A DNA stretch of 64,000 nt from Eledone cirrhosa (lineage: Eukaryota). Shown piece after piece: positions 15,001-29,759 of this stretch (its first letter is position 1; each line of letters opens with the position of its first letter). The notes under the pieces are model-generated. The model was given only the letters and a program-made list of their open reading frames with translations, was not told the DNA's origin and searched no databases. Position numbers and translations under genes: made by a program. The stretch spans positions 373,984,001-374,048,000 of the forward strand of contig OZ024742.1 of NCBI GenBank assembly GCA_964016885.1, written 5' to 3'.

Positions 15001-18000
15001 TGTGAACTGAGCACTTTTTGTCATGACACCAACACAACCTCTTTACAGTGTGAACTGAGCACTTTTTGTCATGACACCAACACAACCTCTTTACAGTGTG
15101 GACAGAGCGCTTTTTGTCATGACACCAACACAACCTCTTTACAGTGTGGACTGAGCGCTTTTTGTCATGATATTAACACAACCACTTTACAGTGTGGACT
15201 GAGCACTTTTCCTCATGACATCAACACAACCACTTTACAGTGTGCACTGAGCACTTTTTGTCATGACACAAACACAACCTCTTTACAGTGTGGACTGAGC
15301 GCTTTTTGTCAAGACACCAACATAGCCTCTTTAGAGTGTGGACTGGGGGCTTTTTGTCATGACAGCAACACAGCCTCTTTACAGTGTGGACTGAGCACTT
15401 TTTGTCATGACAGCAACACAGCCTCTTTACAGTGTGAACTGAGCACTTTTTGTCATGACCCCAACACAACCTCTTTACAGTGTGGACTGAGCACTTTTTG
15501 TCATGACACCAACATAACCTCCTTACAGTGTGGACTGAGCGCTTTTTGTCACGACACAAACACAACCTCTTTACAGTGTGAACTGAGCACTTTTTGTCAT
15601 GACATCAACACAACTTCTTTACAGTGTCGACTGAGCACTTTTTATCATGACACCAACACAACTTCTTTACAGTGTGAACTGAGCACTTTTTGTCATGACA
15701 TCAACACAACCTCTTTACAGTGTGGACTGAGCACTTTTTGTCAAGACACTAACACAACCTCTTTACAGTGTGGACTGAGCGATTTTTGTCATGACAGCAA
15801 CACAGCCTCTTTACAGTGTGGACTGAGCCTTTTTTGTAATGACACCAACACAATCTCGTTACAGTGTGGACTGAGCGCTTTTTGTCATGATACCAACACA
15901 GTCTCGTTACAGTGTGAACTGAGCACTTTTTGTCATCACACCAACACAACCTCTTTACAGTGTGGACTGAGCCCTTTTTATCATGACACAAACACAACCT
16001 CTTTACAGAGTGGACTGGGCACTTTTTGTCATTACACTAACACAACCTCTTTACAGTGTGGACTGAGCGCTTTTTGTCCTGACATTAACACAACCACTTT
16101 ACAGTGTGGACTGAGCACTTTTTCTCATGACATCAACACAACCACTTTACAGTGTGGACTGAGCACTTTTTGTCATGACACAAACACAACCTCTTTACAG
16201 TGTGGACTGAGCGGTTTTTGTCAAGACACCAACATAGCCTCTTTAGAGTGTGGACTGGGGTATTTTTGTCATGACAGCAACACAGCCTCTTTACAGTGTG
16301 AACTGAGCACTTTTTGTCATGACACCAACACAACCTCTTTACAGTGTGGACTGAGCGCTTTTTGTCATGACATTTACACAACCACTTTACAGTCTGGACA
16401 GAGCGCTTTTTGTCATGACACCAACACAGCCTCTTTACAGTGTGAACTGAGCACTTTTTGTCTGACACCAACACAACCTCGATACAGTGTGAACTGAGCA
16501 CTTTTTGTCATGACACCAACACAACCTCTTTACAGTGTGGACTGAGCACTTTTTGTCATGACACAAACACAACCTCTTTACAGAGTGGACTGGGCACTTT
16601 TTGTCATTACACTAACACAACCTCTTTACAGTGTGGACTGAGCGCTTTTTGTCATGATATTAACACAACCACTTTACAGTGTGGACTGAGCACTTTTTCT
16701 CATGACATCAACACAACCACTTTACAGTGTAGACTGAGCACTTTTTGTCATGACACAAACACAACCTCTTGACAGTGTGGACTGAGCGCTTTTTGTCAAG
16801 ACACCAACATAGCCTCTTTAGAGTGTGGACTGGGGGCTTTTTGTCATGACCCCAACACAACCTCTTTACAGGGTGGACTGAGCACTTTTTGTCATGACAC
16901 CAACACAACCTCCTTACAGTGTGGACTGAGCGCTTTTTGTCATGACACAAACACAACCTCTTTACAGTGTGAACTGAGCACTTTTTGTGATGACATCAAC
17001 ACAACTTCTTTACAGTGTCGACTGAGCACTTTTTATCATGACACCAACACAACCTCTTTACAGTGTGAACTGAGCACTTTTTGTCATGACATCAACACAA
17101 CCTCTTTACAGTGTGGACTGAGCACTTTTTGTCAAGACACTAACACAACCTCTTTACAGTGTGAACTGAGCACTTTTTGTCATGACATCAACACAACTTC
17201 TTTACAGTGTCGACTGAGCACTTTTTATCATGACACCAACACAACTTCTTTACAGTGTGAACTGAGCACTTTTTGTCATAACATCAACACAACCTCTTTA
17301 CAGTGTGGACTGAGCACTTTTTGTCAAGACACTAACACAACCTCTTTACAGTGTGGACTGAGCGATTTTTGTCATGACAGCAACACAGCCTCTTTACAGT
17401 GTGGACTGAGGCTTTTTTGTAATGACACCAACACAATCTCGTTACAGTGTGGACTGAGCGCTTTTTGTCATGATACCAACACAGTCTCGTTACAGTGTGA
17501 ACTGAGCACTTTTTGTCATCACACCAACACAACCTCTTTACAGTGTGGACTGAGCCCTTTTTATCATGACACAAACACAACCTCTTTACAGAGTGGACTG
17601 GGCACTTTTTGTCATTACACTAACACAACCTCTTTACAGTGTGGACTGAGCGCTTTTTGTCCTGACATTAACACAACCACTTTACAGTGTGGACTGAGCA
17701 CTTTTTCTCATGACATCAACACAACCACTTTACAGTGTGGACTGAGCACTTTTTGTCATGACACAAACACAACCTCTTTACAGTGTGGACTGAGCGGTTT
17801 TTGTCAAGACACCAACATAGCCTCTTTAGAGTGTGGACTGGGGTCTTTTTGTCATGACAGCAACACAGCCTCTTTACAGTGTGAACTGAGCACTTATTGT
17901 CATGATACCAACACAACCTCTTTACAGTGTGATCTGAGCACTTTTTGTCATTACACTAACACAACCTCTTTACAGTGTGGACTGAGCGCTTTTTGTCATG

Positions 18001-21000
18001 ACATTTACACAACCACTTTACAGTCTGGACAGAGCGCTTTTTGTCATGACACCAACACAGCCTCTTTACAGTGTGAACTGAGCACTTTTTGTCTGACACC
18101 AACACAACCTCGATACAGTGTGAACTGAGCACTTTTTGTCATGACACCAACACAACCTCTTTACAGTGTGGACTGAGCACTTTTTGTCATGACACAAACA
18201 CAACCTCTTTACAGAGTGGACTGGGCACTTTTTGTCATTACACTAACACAACCTCTTTACAGTGTGGACTGAGCGCTTTTTGTCATGATATTAACACAAC
18301 CACTTTACAGTGTGGACTGAGCACTTTTTCTCATGACATCAACACAACCACTTTACAGTGTAGACTGAGCACTTTTTGTCATGACACAAACACAACCTCT
18401 TGACAGTGTGGACTGAGCGCTTTTTGTCAAGACACCAACATAGCCTCTTTAGAGTGTGGACTGGGGGCTTTTTGTCATGACCCCAACACAACCTCTTTAC
18501 AGGGTGGACTGAGCACTTTTTGTCATGACACCAACACAACCTCCTTACAGTGTGGACTGAGCGCTTTTTGTCATGACACAAACACAACCTCTTTACAGTG
18601 TGAACTGAGCACTTTTTGTGATGACATCAACACAACTTCTTTACAGTGTCGACTGAGCACTTTTTATCATGACACCAACACAACCTCTTTACAGTGTGAA
18701 CTGAGCACTTTTTGTCATGACATCAACACAACCTCTTTACAGTGTGGACTGAGCACTTTTTGTCAAGACACTAACACAACCTCTTTACAGTGTGAACTGA
18801 GCACTTTTTGTCATGACATCAACACAACTTCTTTACAGTGTCGACTGAGCACTTTTTATCATGACACCAACACAACTTCTTTACAGTGTGAACTGAGCAC
18901 TTTTTGTCATAACATCAACACAACCTCTTTACAGTGTGGACTGAGCACTTTTTGTCAAGACACTAACACAACCTCTTTACAGTGTGGACTGAGCGATTTT
19001 TGTCATGACAGCAACACAGCCTCTTTACAGTGTGGACTGAGGCTTTTTTGTAATGACACCAACACAATCTCGTTACAGTGTGGACTGAGCGCTTTTTGTC
19101 ATGATACCAACACAGTCTCGTTACAGTGTGAACTGAGCACTTTTTGTCATCACACCAACACAACCTCTTTACAGTGTGGACTGAGCCCTTTTTATCATGA
19201 CACAAACACAACCTCTTTACAGAGTGGACTGGGCACTTTTTGTCATTACACTAACACAACCTCTTTACAGTGTGGACTGAGCGCTTTTTGTCCTGACATT
19301 AACACAACCACTTTACAGTGTGGACTGAGCACTTTTTCTCATGACATCAACACAACCACTTTACAGTGTGGACTGAGCACTTTTTGTCATGACACAAACA
19401 CAACCTCTTTACAGTGTGGACTGAGCGGTTTTTGTCAAGACACCAACATAGCCTCTTTAGAGTGTGGACTGGGGTCTTTTTGTCATGACAGCAACACAGC
19501 CTCTTTACAGTGTGAACTGAGCACTTATTGTCATGATACCAACACAACCTCTTTACAGTGTGATCTGAGCACTTTTTGTCATTACACTAACACAACCTCT
19601 TTACAGTGTGGACTGAGCGCTTTTTGTCATGACATTTACACAACCACTTTACAGTCTGGACAGAGCGCTTTTTGTCATGACACCAACACAGCCTCTTTAC
19701 AGTGTGAACTGAGCACTTTTTGTCTGACACCAACACAACCTCGATACAGTGTGAACTGAGCACTTTTTGTCATGACACCAACACAACCTCTTTACAGTGT
19801 GGACTGAGCACTTTTTGTCATGACACAAACACAACCTCTTTACAGAGTGGACTGGGCACTTTTTGTCATTACACTAACACAACCTCTTTACAGTGTGGAC
19901 TGAGCGCTTTTTGTCATGATATTAACACAACCACTTTACAGTGTGGACTGAGCACTTTTTCTCATGACATCAACACAACCACTTTACAGTGTAGACTGAG
20001 CACTTTTTGTCATGACACAAACACAACCTCTTGACAGTGTGGACTGAGCGCTTTTTGTCAAGACACCAACATAGCCTCTTTAGAGTGTGGACTGGGGGCT
20101 TTTTGTCATGACCCCAACACAACCTCTTTACAGGGTGGACTGAGCACTTTTTGTCATGACACCAACACAACCTCCTTACAGTGTGGACTGAGCGCTTTTT
20201 GTCATGACACAAACACAACCTCTTTACAGTGTGAACTGAGCACTTTTTGTGATGACATCAACACAACTTCTTTACAGTGTCGACTGAGCACTTTTTATCA
20301 TGACACCAACACAACCTCTTTACAGTGTGAACTGAGCACTTTTTGTCATGACATCAACACAACCTCTTTACAGTGTGGACTGAGCACTTTTTGTCAAGAC
20401 ACTAACACAACCTCTTTACAGTGTGGACTGAGCGCTTTTTGTCATGACAGCAACACAGCCTCTTTACAGTGTGGACTGAGCCTTTTTTGTAATGACACCA
20501 ACACAATCTCGTTACAGTGTGGACTGAGCGCTTTTTGTCATGATACCAACACAGTCTCGTTACAGTGTGAACTGAGCACTTTTTGTCATCACACCAACAC
20601 AACCTCTTTACAGTGTGGACTGAGCACTTTTTATCATGACACAAACACAACCTCTTTACAGAGTGGACTGGGCACTTTTTGTCATTACACTAACACAACC
20701 TCTTTACAGTGTGGACTGAGCGCTTTTTGTCATGACATTTACACAACCACTTTACAGTCTGGACAGAGCGCTTTTTGTCATGACACCAACACAGCCTCTT
20801 TACAGTGTGAACTGAGCACTTTTTGTCTGACACCAACACAACCTCGATACAGTGTGAACTGAGCACTTTTTGTCATGACACCAACACAACCTCTTTACAG
20901 TGTGGACTGAGCACTTTTTGTCATGACACAAACACAACCTCTTTACAGAGTGGACTGGGCACTTTTTGTCATTACACTAACACAACCTCTTTACAGTGTG

Positions 21001-24000
21001 GACTGAGCGCTTTTTGTCATGATATTAACACAACCACTTTACAGTGTGGACTGAGCACTTTTTGTCATGACACAAACACAACATCTTTACAGTGTGGACT
21101 GAGCGCTTTTTGTCATGACACCAACACAACCTCCTTACAGTGTGGACTGAGCGCTTTTTGTCATGATACCAACACAGTCTCGTTACAGTGTGAACTGAGC
21201 ACTTTTTGTCATCACACCAACACAACCTCTTTACAGTGTGGACTGAGCTTTTTTTATCATGACACAAACACAACCTCTTTACAGAGTGGACTGGGCACTT
21301 TTTGTCATTACACTAACACAACCTCTTTACAGTGTGGACTGACCGCTTTTTGTCCTGACATTAACACAACCACTTTACAGTGTGGACTGAGCACTTTTTC
21401 TCATGACATCAACACAACCACTTTACAGTGTGGACTGAGCACTTTTTGTCATGACACAAACACAACCTCTTTACAGTGTGGACTGAGCGGTTTTTGTCAA
21501 GACACCAACATAGCCTCTTTAGAGTGTGGACTGGGGTCTTTTTGTCATGACAGCAACACAGCCTCTTTACAGTGTGAACTGAGCACTTATTGTCATGATA
21601 CCAACACAACCTCTTTACAGTGTGATCTGAGCACTTTTTGTCATGACACCAACACAACCTCTTTACAGTGTGGACTGAGCGCTTTTTGTCATGACATTTA
21701 CACAACCACTTTACAGTCTGGACAGAGCGCTTTTTGTCATGACACCAACACAGCCTCTTTACAGTGTGAACTGAGCACTTTTTGTCTGACACCAACACAA
21801 CCTCGATACAGTGTGGACTGAGCACTTTTTGTCATGACACAAACACAACCTCTTTACAGAGTGGACTGGGCACTTTTTGTCATTACACTAACACAACCTC
21901 TTTACAGTGTGGACTGAGCGCTTTTTGTCATGATATTAACACAACCACTTTACAGTGTGGACTGAGCACTTTTTCTCATGACATCAACACAACCTCTTGA
22001 CAGTGTGGACTGAGCGCTTTTTGTCAAGACACCAACATAGCCTCTTTAGAGTGTGGACTGGGGGCTTTTTGTCATGACCCCAACACAACCTCTTTACAGG
22101 GTGGACTGAGCACTTTTTGTCATGACACCAACACAACCTCCTTACAGTGTGGACTGAGCGCTTTTTGTCATGACACAAACACAACCTCTTTACAGTGTGA
22201 ACTGAGCACTTTTTGTGATGACATCAACACAACTTCTTTACAGTGTCGACTGAGCACTTTTTATCATGACACCAACACAACCTCTTTACAGTGTGAACTG
22301 AGCACTTTTTGTCATGACATCAACACAACCTCTTTGCAGTGTGGACTGAGCACTTTTTGTCAAGACACTAACACAACCTCTTTACAGTGTGGACTGAGCG
22401 CTTTTTGTCATGACAGCAACACAGCCTCTTTACAGTGTGGACTGAGCCTTTTTTGTAATGACACCAACACAATCTCGTTACAGTGTGGACTGAGCGCTTT
22501 TTGTCATGATACCAACACAGTCTCGTTACAGTGTGAACTGAGCACTTTTTGTCATCACACCAACACAACCTCTTTACAGTGTGGACTGAGCACTTTTTAT
22601 CATGACACAAACACAACCTCTTTACAGAGTGGACTGGGCACTTTTTGTCATTACACTAACACAACCTCTTTACAGTGTGGACTGAGCGCTTTTTGTCATG
22701 ACATTTACACAACCACTTTACAGTCTGGACAGAGCGCTTTTTGTCATGACACCAACACAGCCTCTTTACAGTGTGAACTGAGCACTTTTTGTCTGACACC
22801 AACACAACCTCGATACAGTGTGAACTGAGCACTTTTTGTCATGACACCAACACAACCTCTTTACAGTGTGGACTGAGCACTTTTTGTCATGACACAAACA
22901 CAACCTCTTTACAGAGTGGACTGGGCACTTTTTGTCATTACACTAACACAACCTCTTTACAGTGTGGACTGAGCGCTTTTTGTCATGATATTAACACAAC
23001 CACTTTACAGTGTGGACTGAGCACTTTTTCTCATGACATCAACACAACCACTTTACAGTGTAGACTGAGCACTTTTTGTCATGACACAAACACAACATCT
23101 TTACAGTGTGGACTGAGCGCTTTTTGTCAAGACACCAACATAGCCTCTTTAGAGTGTGGACTGGGGGCTTTTTGTCATGACCCCAACACAACCTCTTTAC
23201 AGGGTGGACTGAGCACTTTTTGTCATGACACCAACACAACCTCCTTACAGTGTGGACTGAGCGCTTTTTGTCATGACACAAACACAACCTCTTTACAGTG
23301 TGAACTGAGCACTTTTTGTCATGACATCAACACAACTTCTTTACAGTGTCGACTGAGCACTTTTTATCATGACACCAACACAACCTCTTTACAGTGTGAA
23401 CTGAGCACTTTTTGTCATGACATCAACACAACCTCTTTACAGTGTGGACTGAGCACTTTTTGTCAAGACACTAACACAACCTCTTTACAGTGTGGACTGA
23501 GCGCTTTTTGTCATGACAGCAACACAGCCTCTTTACAGTGTGGACTGAGCCTTTTTTGTAATGACACCAACACAATCTCGTTACAGTGTGGACTGAGCGC
23601 TTTTTGTCATGATACCAACACAGTCTCGTTACAGTGTGAACTGAGCACTTTTTGTCATCACACCAACACAACCTCTTTACAGTGTGGACTGAGCACTTTT
23701 TATCATGACACAAACACAACCTCTTTACAGAGTGGACTGGGCACTTTTTGTCATTACACTAACACAACCTCTTTACAGTGTGGACTGAGCGCTTTTTGTC
23801 CTGACATTAATACAACCATTTTACAGTGTGGACTGAGCACTTTTTCTCATGACATCAACACAGCCACTTTACAGTGTGGACTGAGCACTTTTTGTCATGA
23901 CACAAACACAACCTCTTTACAGTGTGGACTGAGCGGTTTTTGTCAAGACACCAACATAGCCTCTTTAGAGTGTGGACTGGGGGCTTTTTGTCATGACAGC

Positions 24001-25858
24001 AACACAGCCTCTTTACAGTGTGGACTGAGCACTTTTTGTCATGACAGCAACACAGCCTCTTTACAGTGTGAACTGAGCACTTTTTGTCATGACCCCAACA
24101 CAACCTCTTTACAGTGTGGACTGAGCACTTTTTGTCATGACACCAACACAGCCCCTTTACAATGTGAACTGAGCACTTTTTGTCATGACATCAACACAAC
24201 CTCCTTACAGTGTGGACTGAGCGCTTTTTGTCACGACACAAACACAACCTCTTTACAGTGTGAACTGAGCACTTTTTGTCATGACATCAACACAACTTCT
24301 TTACAGTGTCGACTGAGCACTTTTTATCATGACACCAACACAACCTCTTTACAGTGTGAACTGAGCACTTTTTTCATGACATCAACACAACCTCTTTACA
24401 GTGTGGACTGAGCACTTTTTGTCAAGACACTAACACAACCTCTTTACAGTGTGGACTGAGCGCTTTTTGTCATGACAGCAACACAGCCTCTTTACAGTGT
24501 GGACTGAGCCTTTTTTGTAATGACACCAACACAATCTCGTTACAGTGTGGACTGAGCGCTTTTTGTCATGATACCAACACAGTCTCGTTACAGTGTGAAC
24601 TGAGCACTTTTTGTCATCACACCAACACAACCTCTTTACAGTGTGGACTGAGCACTTTTTATCATGACACAAACACAACCTCTTTACAGAGTGGACTGGG
24701 CACTTTTTGTCATTACACTAACACAACCTCTTTACAGTGTGGACTGAGCGCTTTTTGTCCTGACATTAATACAACCATTTTACAGTGTGGACTGAGCACT
24801 TTTTCTCATGACATCAACACAGCCACTTTACAGTGTGGACTGAGCACTTTTTGTCATGACACAAACACAACCTCTTTACAGTGTGGACTGAGCGGTTTTT
24901 GTCAAGACACCAACATAGCCTCTTTAGAGTGTGGACTGGGGGCTTTTTGTCATGACAGCAACACAGCCTCTTTACAGTGTGGACTGAGCACTTTTTGTCA
25001 TGACAGCAACACAGCCTCTTTACAGTGTGAACTGAGCACTTTTTGTCATGACCCCAACACAACCTCTTTACAGTGTGGACTGAGCACTTTTTGTCATGAC
25101 ACCAACACAGCCCCTTTACAATGTGAACTGAGCACTTTTTGTCATGACATCAACACAACCTCCTTACAGTGTGGACTGAGCGCTTTTTGTCACGACACAA
25201 ACACAACCTCTTTACAGTGTGAACTGAGCACTTTTTGTCATGACATCAACACAACTTCTTTACAGTGTCGACTGAGCACTTTTTATCATGACACCAACAC
25301 AACCTCTTTACAGTGTGAACTGAGCACTTTTTTCATGACATCAACACAACCTCTTTACAGTGTGGACTGAGCACTTTTTGTCAAGACACTAACACAACCT
25401 CTTTATAGTGTGGACTGAGCGCTTTTTGTCATGACAGCAACACAGCCTCTTTACAGTGTGGACTGAGCCTTTTTTGTAATGACACCAACACAATCTCATT
25501 ACAGTGTGGACTGAGCGCTTTTTGTCATGATACCAACACAGTCTCGTTACAGTGTGAACTGAGCACTTTTTGTCATCATCACACCAACACAACCTCTTTA
25601 CAGTGTGGACTGAGCACTTTTTATCATGACACTAACACAACCTCTTTACAGTGTGGACTGAGCGCTTTTTGTCACGACATCAACACAACCTCTTTACAGT
25701 GTGGACTGAGTGTTTTTTGTCATGACACAAACACAACCTCTTTACAATTTTGGACTGAGCACTTTTTGTCATGACACCAACACAACCTCTTTACAGTGTG
25801 GGCTGAGCACTTTTTGTCATGACACCAACACAACCTCGATACAGTGTGAACTGAGTTT
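1..25858. repeat. 48-bp tandem satellite array (~540 monomers in window, open at left edge), consensus GACTGAGCACTTTTTGTCATGACACCAACACAACCTCTTTACAGTGTG, with higher-order repeats
   Basis: Continuous 48-bp periodicity with occasional 47/45/49/51-bp indel variants. Each monomer has the palindrome TGTCATGACA. The array ends abruptly at ...GAACTGAG|TTTTTTGGGCC. Confidence 0.99.
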
Positions 25859-26043
25859 TTTGGGCCAGTGGACTCTTCGACCGGAACGGGTCGTGGTCTT
25901 GTATGTAGGTGAAGGTAGGGCTGAATGAGCAGGTGTATGCATAATAGAGAAAGATTGGGGTATTTGTGGCTAAGGTGTATGAGCATAAGTGTATGCCCTT
26001 TTTAGTCTATCCACCAAAATTTTCTCCCTGGACCCCTTAATGT

Positions 26044-29000
26044 CTACTGTGAAATGTTGTCAGTACGTGCTAACAAACGGTAGGATCTAGAGTACGGTTG
26101 TGTGAGAGGTGGAGTAACCGCGTCGTGTCTGACAAAGACATGTGTCCAAGAGGCAATATCCCTCGAGGCTGCAGTTTTGATAGTTTGTTTCCTAGTATTC
26201 ATGGGCGGTAAGTCCTGAAAATAGGAGCGCAAACGAGATACGTAGGAAAGAGGATCTTGAAAAGCAAGATCAACAGGGGCAAGTATTTGCCTAGGCAACG
26301 CTAGAGAAGCACCATACAATAATTCGGCCGGGGAGAACCTAAGGTCCTCCTTTATTGATGACCAAATTCCTAACAACACAATAGGAAGGTACTCGCTCCA
26401 ACATAGAGAGTCTGGATAGGCGCGAAGAGAGGCCTTTAATTGGCGGTGAAAATGTTCCACCATTCCGCTTGAAGCAGGATGATAAGTTGTGGTCCCAATA
26501 CGTTGAGCGCCAATAATTTTTGTCAGCTCTGAGAAAAGATGAGATTCAAATTGCCTACCATGGTCTGTGGTAATTGTGGTTGGCATGCCATAGCGGGCAA
26601 TCCACCCTGATACCAGGGCACGCGCTATCGTCTCGGCGGTAATGTCCTTTAAGGGGATGGCTTCAGGCCATCGCGAAAAACGATCGATGCAGGTCAAAAG
26701 GTAAGAATATCCACTACTGACTGGCCAAGGTCCAACGATATCGATGCGGATGTGTTGAAAACGAGCATCCGGAGTACTGAAAGTACCAAGTGGAGTCCGG
26801 ATGTGTCTGTGGACTTTAGATTTTTTACACTGTATGCAGGAATGGCACCAGGCAGTAATTTCACGCCTCATATTTGGCCAGAAAAATCTAGCCGTTATGA
26901 GCTTTACTGTGGCTGAAGATCCTGGGTGAGAAATCCTGTGCAAAGCAAGGAACACAATTCGATGGTGAGTCTTGGGAACAAAAGGTTGTGGTGAATCCAT
27001 AGATACATCGCAGAGAATCTGCCTGTCGGTAGTCGACAAGGGCAGATATTTCAGGTTGCAAGCTGCAAATTCGGCTGATTGAGTATCCAACGATTCGAGT
27101 GCAGGTTGGTCTGCTGCCAAACAACTTAAATCGATCTCCTGGTATGACGAAATCGAGCTGATTGGCAAGCATGACAAGGCGTCTGCAGCTGTATTTAGTG
27201 AGCCAGCAATGTGCTGTATATCGTTAGTAAACTGCAAAATGTAATCAAGGTGCCTTGTCTCTCTGGGCGAATATATTTGTCGGCTTTAGCCCTCAAAACG
27301 AAGGTCAGAGGTTTGTGGTCAGTGAAAACCATAAAAGTTCTTCCCTCAAGAATATGAGAAAAATGTTTCAACGACAGATATATGGCTAATAACTCCCGAC
27401 CAAACGTGCTGTAACGAGTTTCTGCCGGTTTCAGCTTCCTGGAGAAAAATGCCAAAGGTTGTTGGTTTCCAGCGTTGTACTGTTGTAAAACTGCTCCCAC
27501 AGCGGTATCAGATGCATCAACACAAAGCGAAAGCTTGACCTCTGGTACTGGGTGGGCTAGCAAAGATGAACTAGCGAGTGCTGTTTTGACAGTCTGGAAA
27601 TCTTCGAGTTGTCCTTCTGTCAAGGAAATATCCTCATTCTTCTTACGACGATTTTTCAAAATCTCGGTAAGGGAAAACAGTAATTTTGCACATTAAGGAA
27701 CGAAACGTCTATAAAAATTGATTAGGCCTAGGAAGTGACGCAACTGGTGAAGTGTAGTAGGCGGAGGTAAATCCTGTATAGCCTTAACTCACTGCGGAAG
27801 GGGTCAAATACCCTCGGTGTCGATGATGTGACCTAAAAAATTCAGTGAAGCGGATCCGAAAACACACTTTGCGGGATTCACTCAAACACGGTAATCCTGG
27901 AGTCGGCGAAATAAAAGATGCATGTGATGCATATGCTCTTCTGGAGAGGAACTAACGACGAGAAGATCATCTATATATGCATAAACGAAATCCAGACTAT
28001 GAGTGAGCTCGTCTATGAACTGCTGAAAAGTGCTAGCGGCATTCCTGAGTTCGAAAGACATGGTCAAAAACTCAAAGGATCCGAAAGGAGTCGTAATAGC
28101 TGTTTTCAAAATGTCTTCCTTCCTGACCGGAATTTGATGGTAAGCTCGCACTAAATCGAGTTTGGAGAAAATCTTACAACCCTGCAACGAAGATGCGAAA
28201 TCCTGGAGATGGGGAATCGGATATCTATCCGGGACGGTCATCGCGTTTAACCTCCTATAATCCCCAGTGAGTATCCAGTCGCCAGAAATCTTGAAGCCCA
28301 AGGACTCGTAGATGGGCGAATAATGCCCAGCTGCAGCATATGGTCGAACTCCGACCATGCTGCCTTTAACTTGTCTGCTGGTAAACGACGTGGACGTAAA
28401 AATACTGGAGCACCGGTTGTGGAAATAAAATGTTCAGTTGAGTGAGTTGGCTCAGTAACTCAAAAATTTTCATCGGTGAGCTCCGGAAATGATCCTAACA
28501 ACGAATGGTAAGCGCCTCCAGTGGCAGCAATGAAGAATATTGGACTGATCGTTGGAGCATCAGCTTTTCAGCCACGAATTGAGAAACCGGTGATGTCATC
28601 CACCAGATGTTGGCCTCGGACATCCACAGTCAAGGAGAAATTGTGGAGGAAATCCACTCCTAAGATTGGGTATGGCAAGTCAGTGACCGTAAAAATCCAT
28701 TTAAAATCCCTATGAAGATTTTGGAATTTGAGGAAAAGTGAGATTTGTCCGTACGTCTTTATAGGCAAGTGGTTAACGGCCTGCAGAGTAACGGATGACT
28801 CCATGGGGGTATCCTTTAGGCAATGGACCAGCCAAATACTACAGGAGGCTTCTGTATCCACGAGGAAGCCTGTTCCAGACATAAGGTCCTTGATGAAGAA
28901 GTGGTGGTTTGGGAGCTTTACGCTGAGGTCAACTGCCGCATTCAGCGAACCTCTCTGGCATATCCCGACTTCACAAACGAACACGGCTGCACACAGTGGT

Positions 29001-29235
29001 TCATGTTCTGAGCAAAACGCTCGTGGTACCAGCATAAAGATGAAGCTGGTGACCTGGGGTGGTGTCTGAAAGAGTAAGATCTACCGTGGCTGCGCGAGCA
29101 CAAACGAGCAGCATTAGAGGCCTTCAGCTTCTGTAGCTCCAGGGTGATTTCCAGAATGGCTTTCTGCATAGCCATTATAGCTGCCCTGTCTGCATGAGTT
29201 GCCGCGCAGGTGGTGTGGCCTGAGCTGGGTGACAA
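26044..29235 (-). pseudogene. Disrupted gag-pol (Zn knuckle, PR, RT, RNase H, IN) of the Gypsy element
   Basis: ORF fragments 28942-29235, 28568-29035, 27882-28358, 27195-27659 and 26044-27237 lie in different frames and together give the Gypsy PR-RT-RH-IN order. Protease DTG is changed to DTE. Confidence 0.92.
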
Positions 29236-29749
29236 ACAGCGGCAAGGGCTTCAGAAGAATGAGATGCCATTGGTGCAATCTCAGTAAGCGGCGAAATGCG
29301 TCTCCATATAGAAAAATATCTCGGACACAAGGGAAAAAGAAAATAAATCCACTTGTTTTTTTTTTTCTGTCAAACAACCGGACAGGAAAACAAGTGCATC
29401 CAAAATAGTGTGTAAGGGAGTGACTAATCAAACAATGGAATCAACAATACATTTACAGAGAACCTAAAACAAAAACCAACATGGCGCACAGTGTTGCGCC
29501 AAAAAACTGATGGAGGAGAAAGCCGCCATCTTGACATCTTCAAAAATTTGAGCGGAAAAAGAAGGAAAAAAAATATTTACATAATTGTTCTTAACAAAGG
29601 ATTCAGTTTTCTCTTCCTTATGTGATTGGTAAATGAAGCCATATCAGAAGCAAAAAGCGTGTTGTTTTCTATTAATTTTTTTTTTATAATACCACTTCGT
29701 ATTTTTTTTTTCTATTTTTTTTTAAAAGGAACAATTAGTTCCTACGGCT

Positions 29750-29759
29750 GGGGTCACCA
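29750..29759 (-). promoter_or_regulatory. Primer-binding site TGGTGACCCC (tRNA-Trp-like)
   Basis: Plus-strand GGGGTCACCA at 29750-29759, between the LTR and the gag remnant. Matches the first 10 nt of the tRNA-Trp PBS typical of the CsRn1 clade. Confidence 0.7.

Noticed and set aside
1-25858. CRISPR-like array (regular period with an internal palindrome)
   Set aside because: No unique spacers, since the whole 48 bp repeats. No cas genes, and the context is eukaryotic with spliceosomal introns.
259-25928. Long Cys/Thr-rich ORFs (up to 715 aa) with a 16-aa repeat, and their antisense CWCHDKK ORFs
   Set aside because: By-product of a 48-bp (16-codon) period. Stops (for example TGA at 11932 and 16770) and 1-bp indels are copied along with the HOR units, the listed starts are mostly TTG/GTG, and the monomer derives from a non-coding LINE UTR.
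26044-28358. Active or domesticated Gypsy integrase/RT gene
   Set aside because: Multiple stops and frameshifts, mutated protease motif, gag mostly deleted and no 3' LTR.
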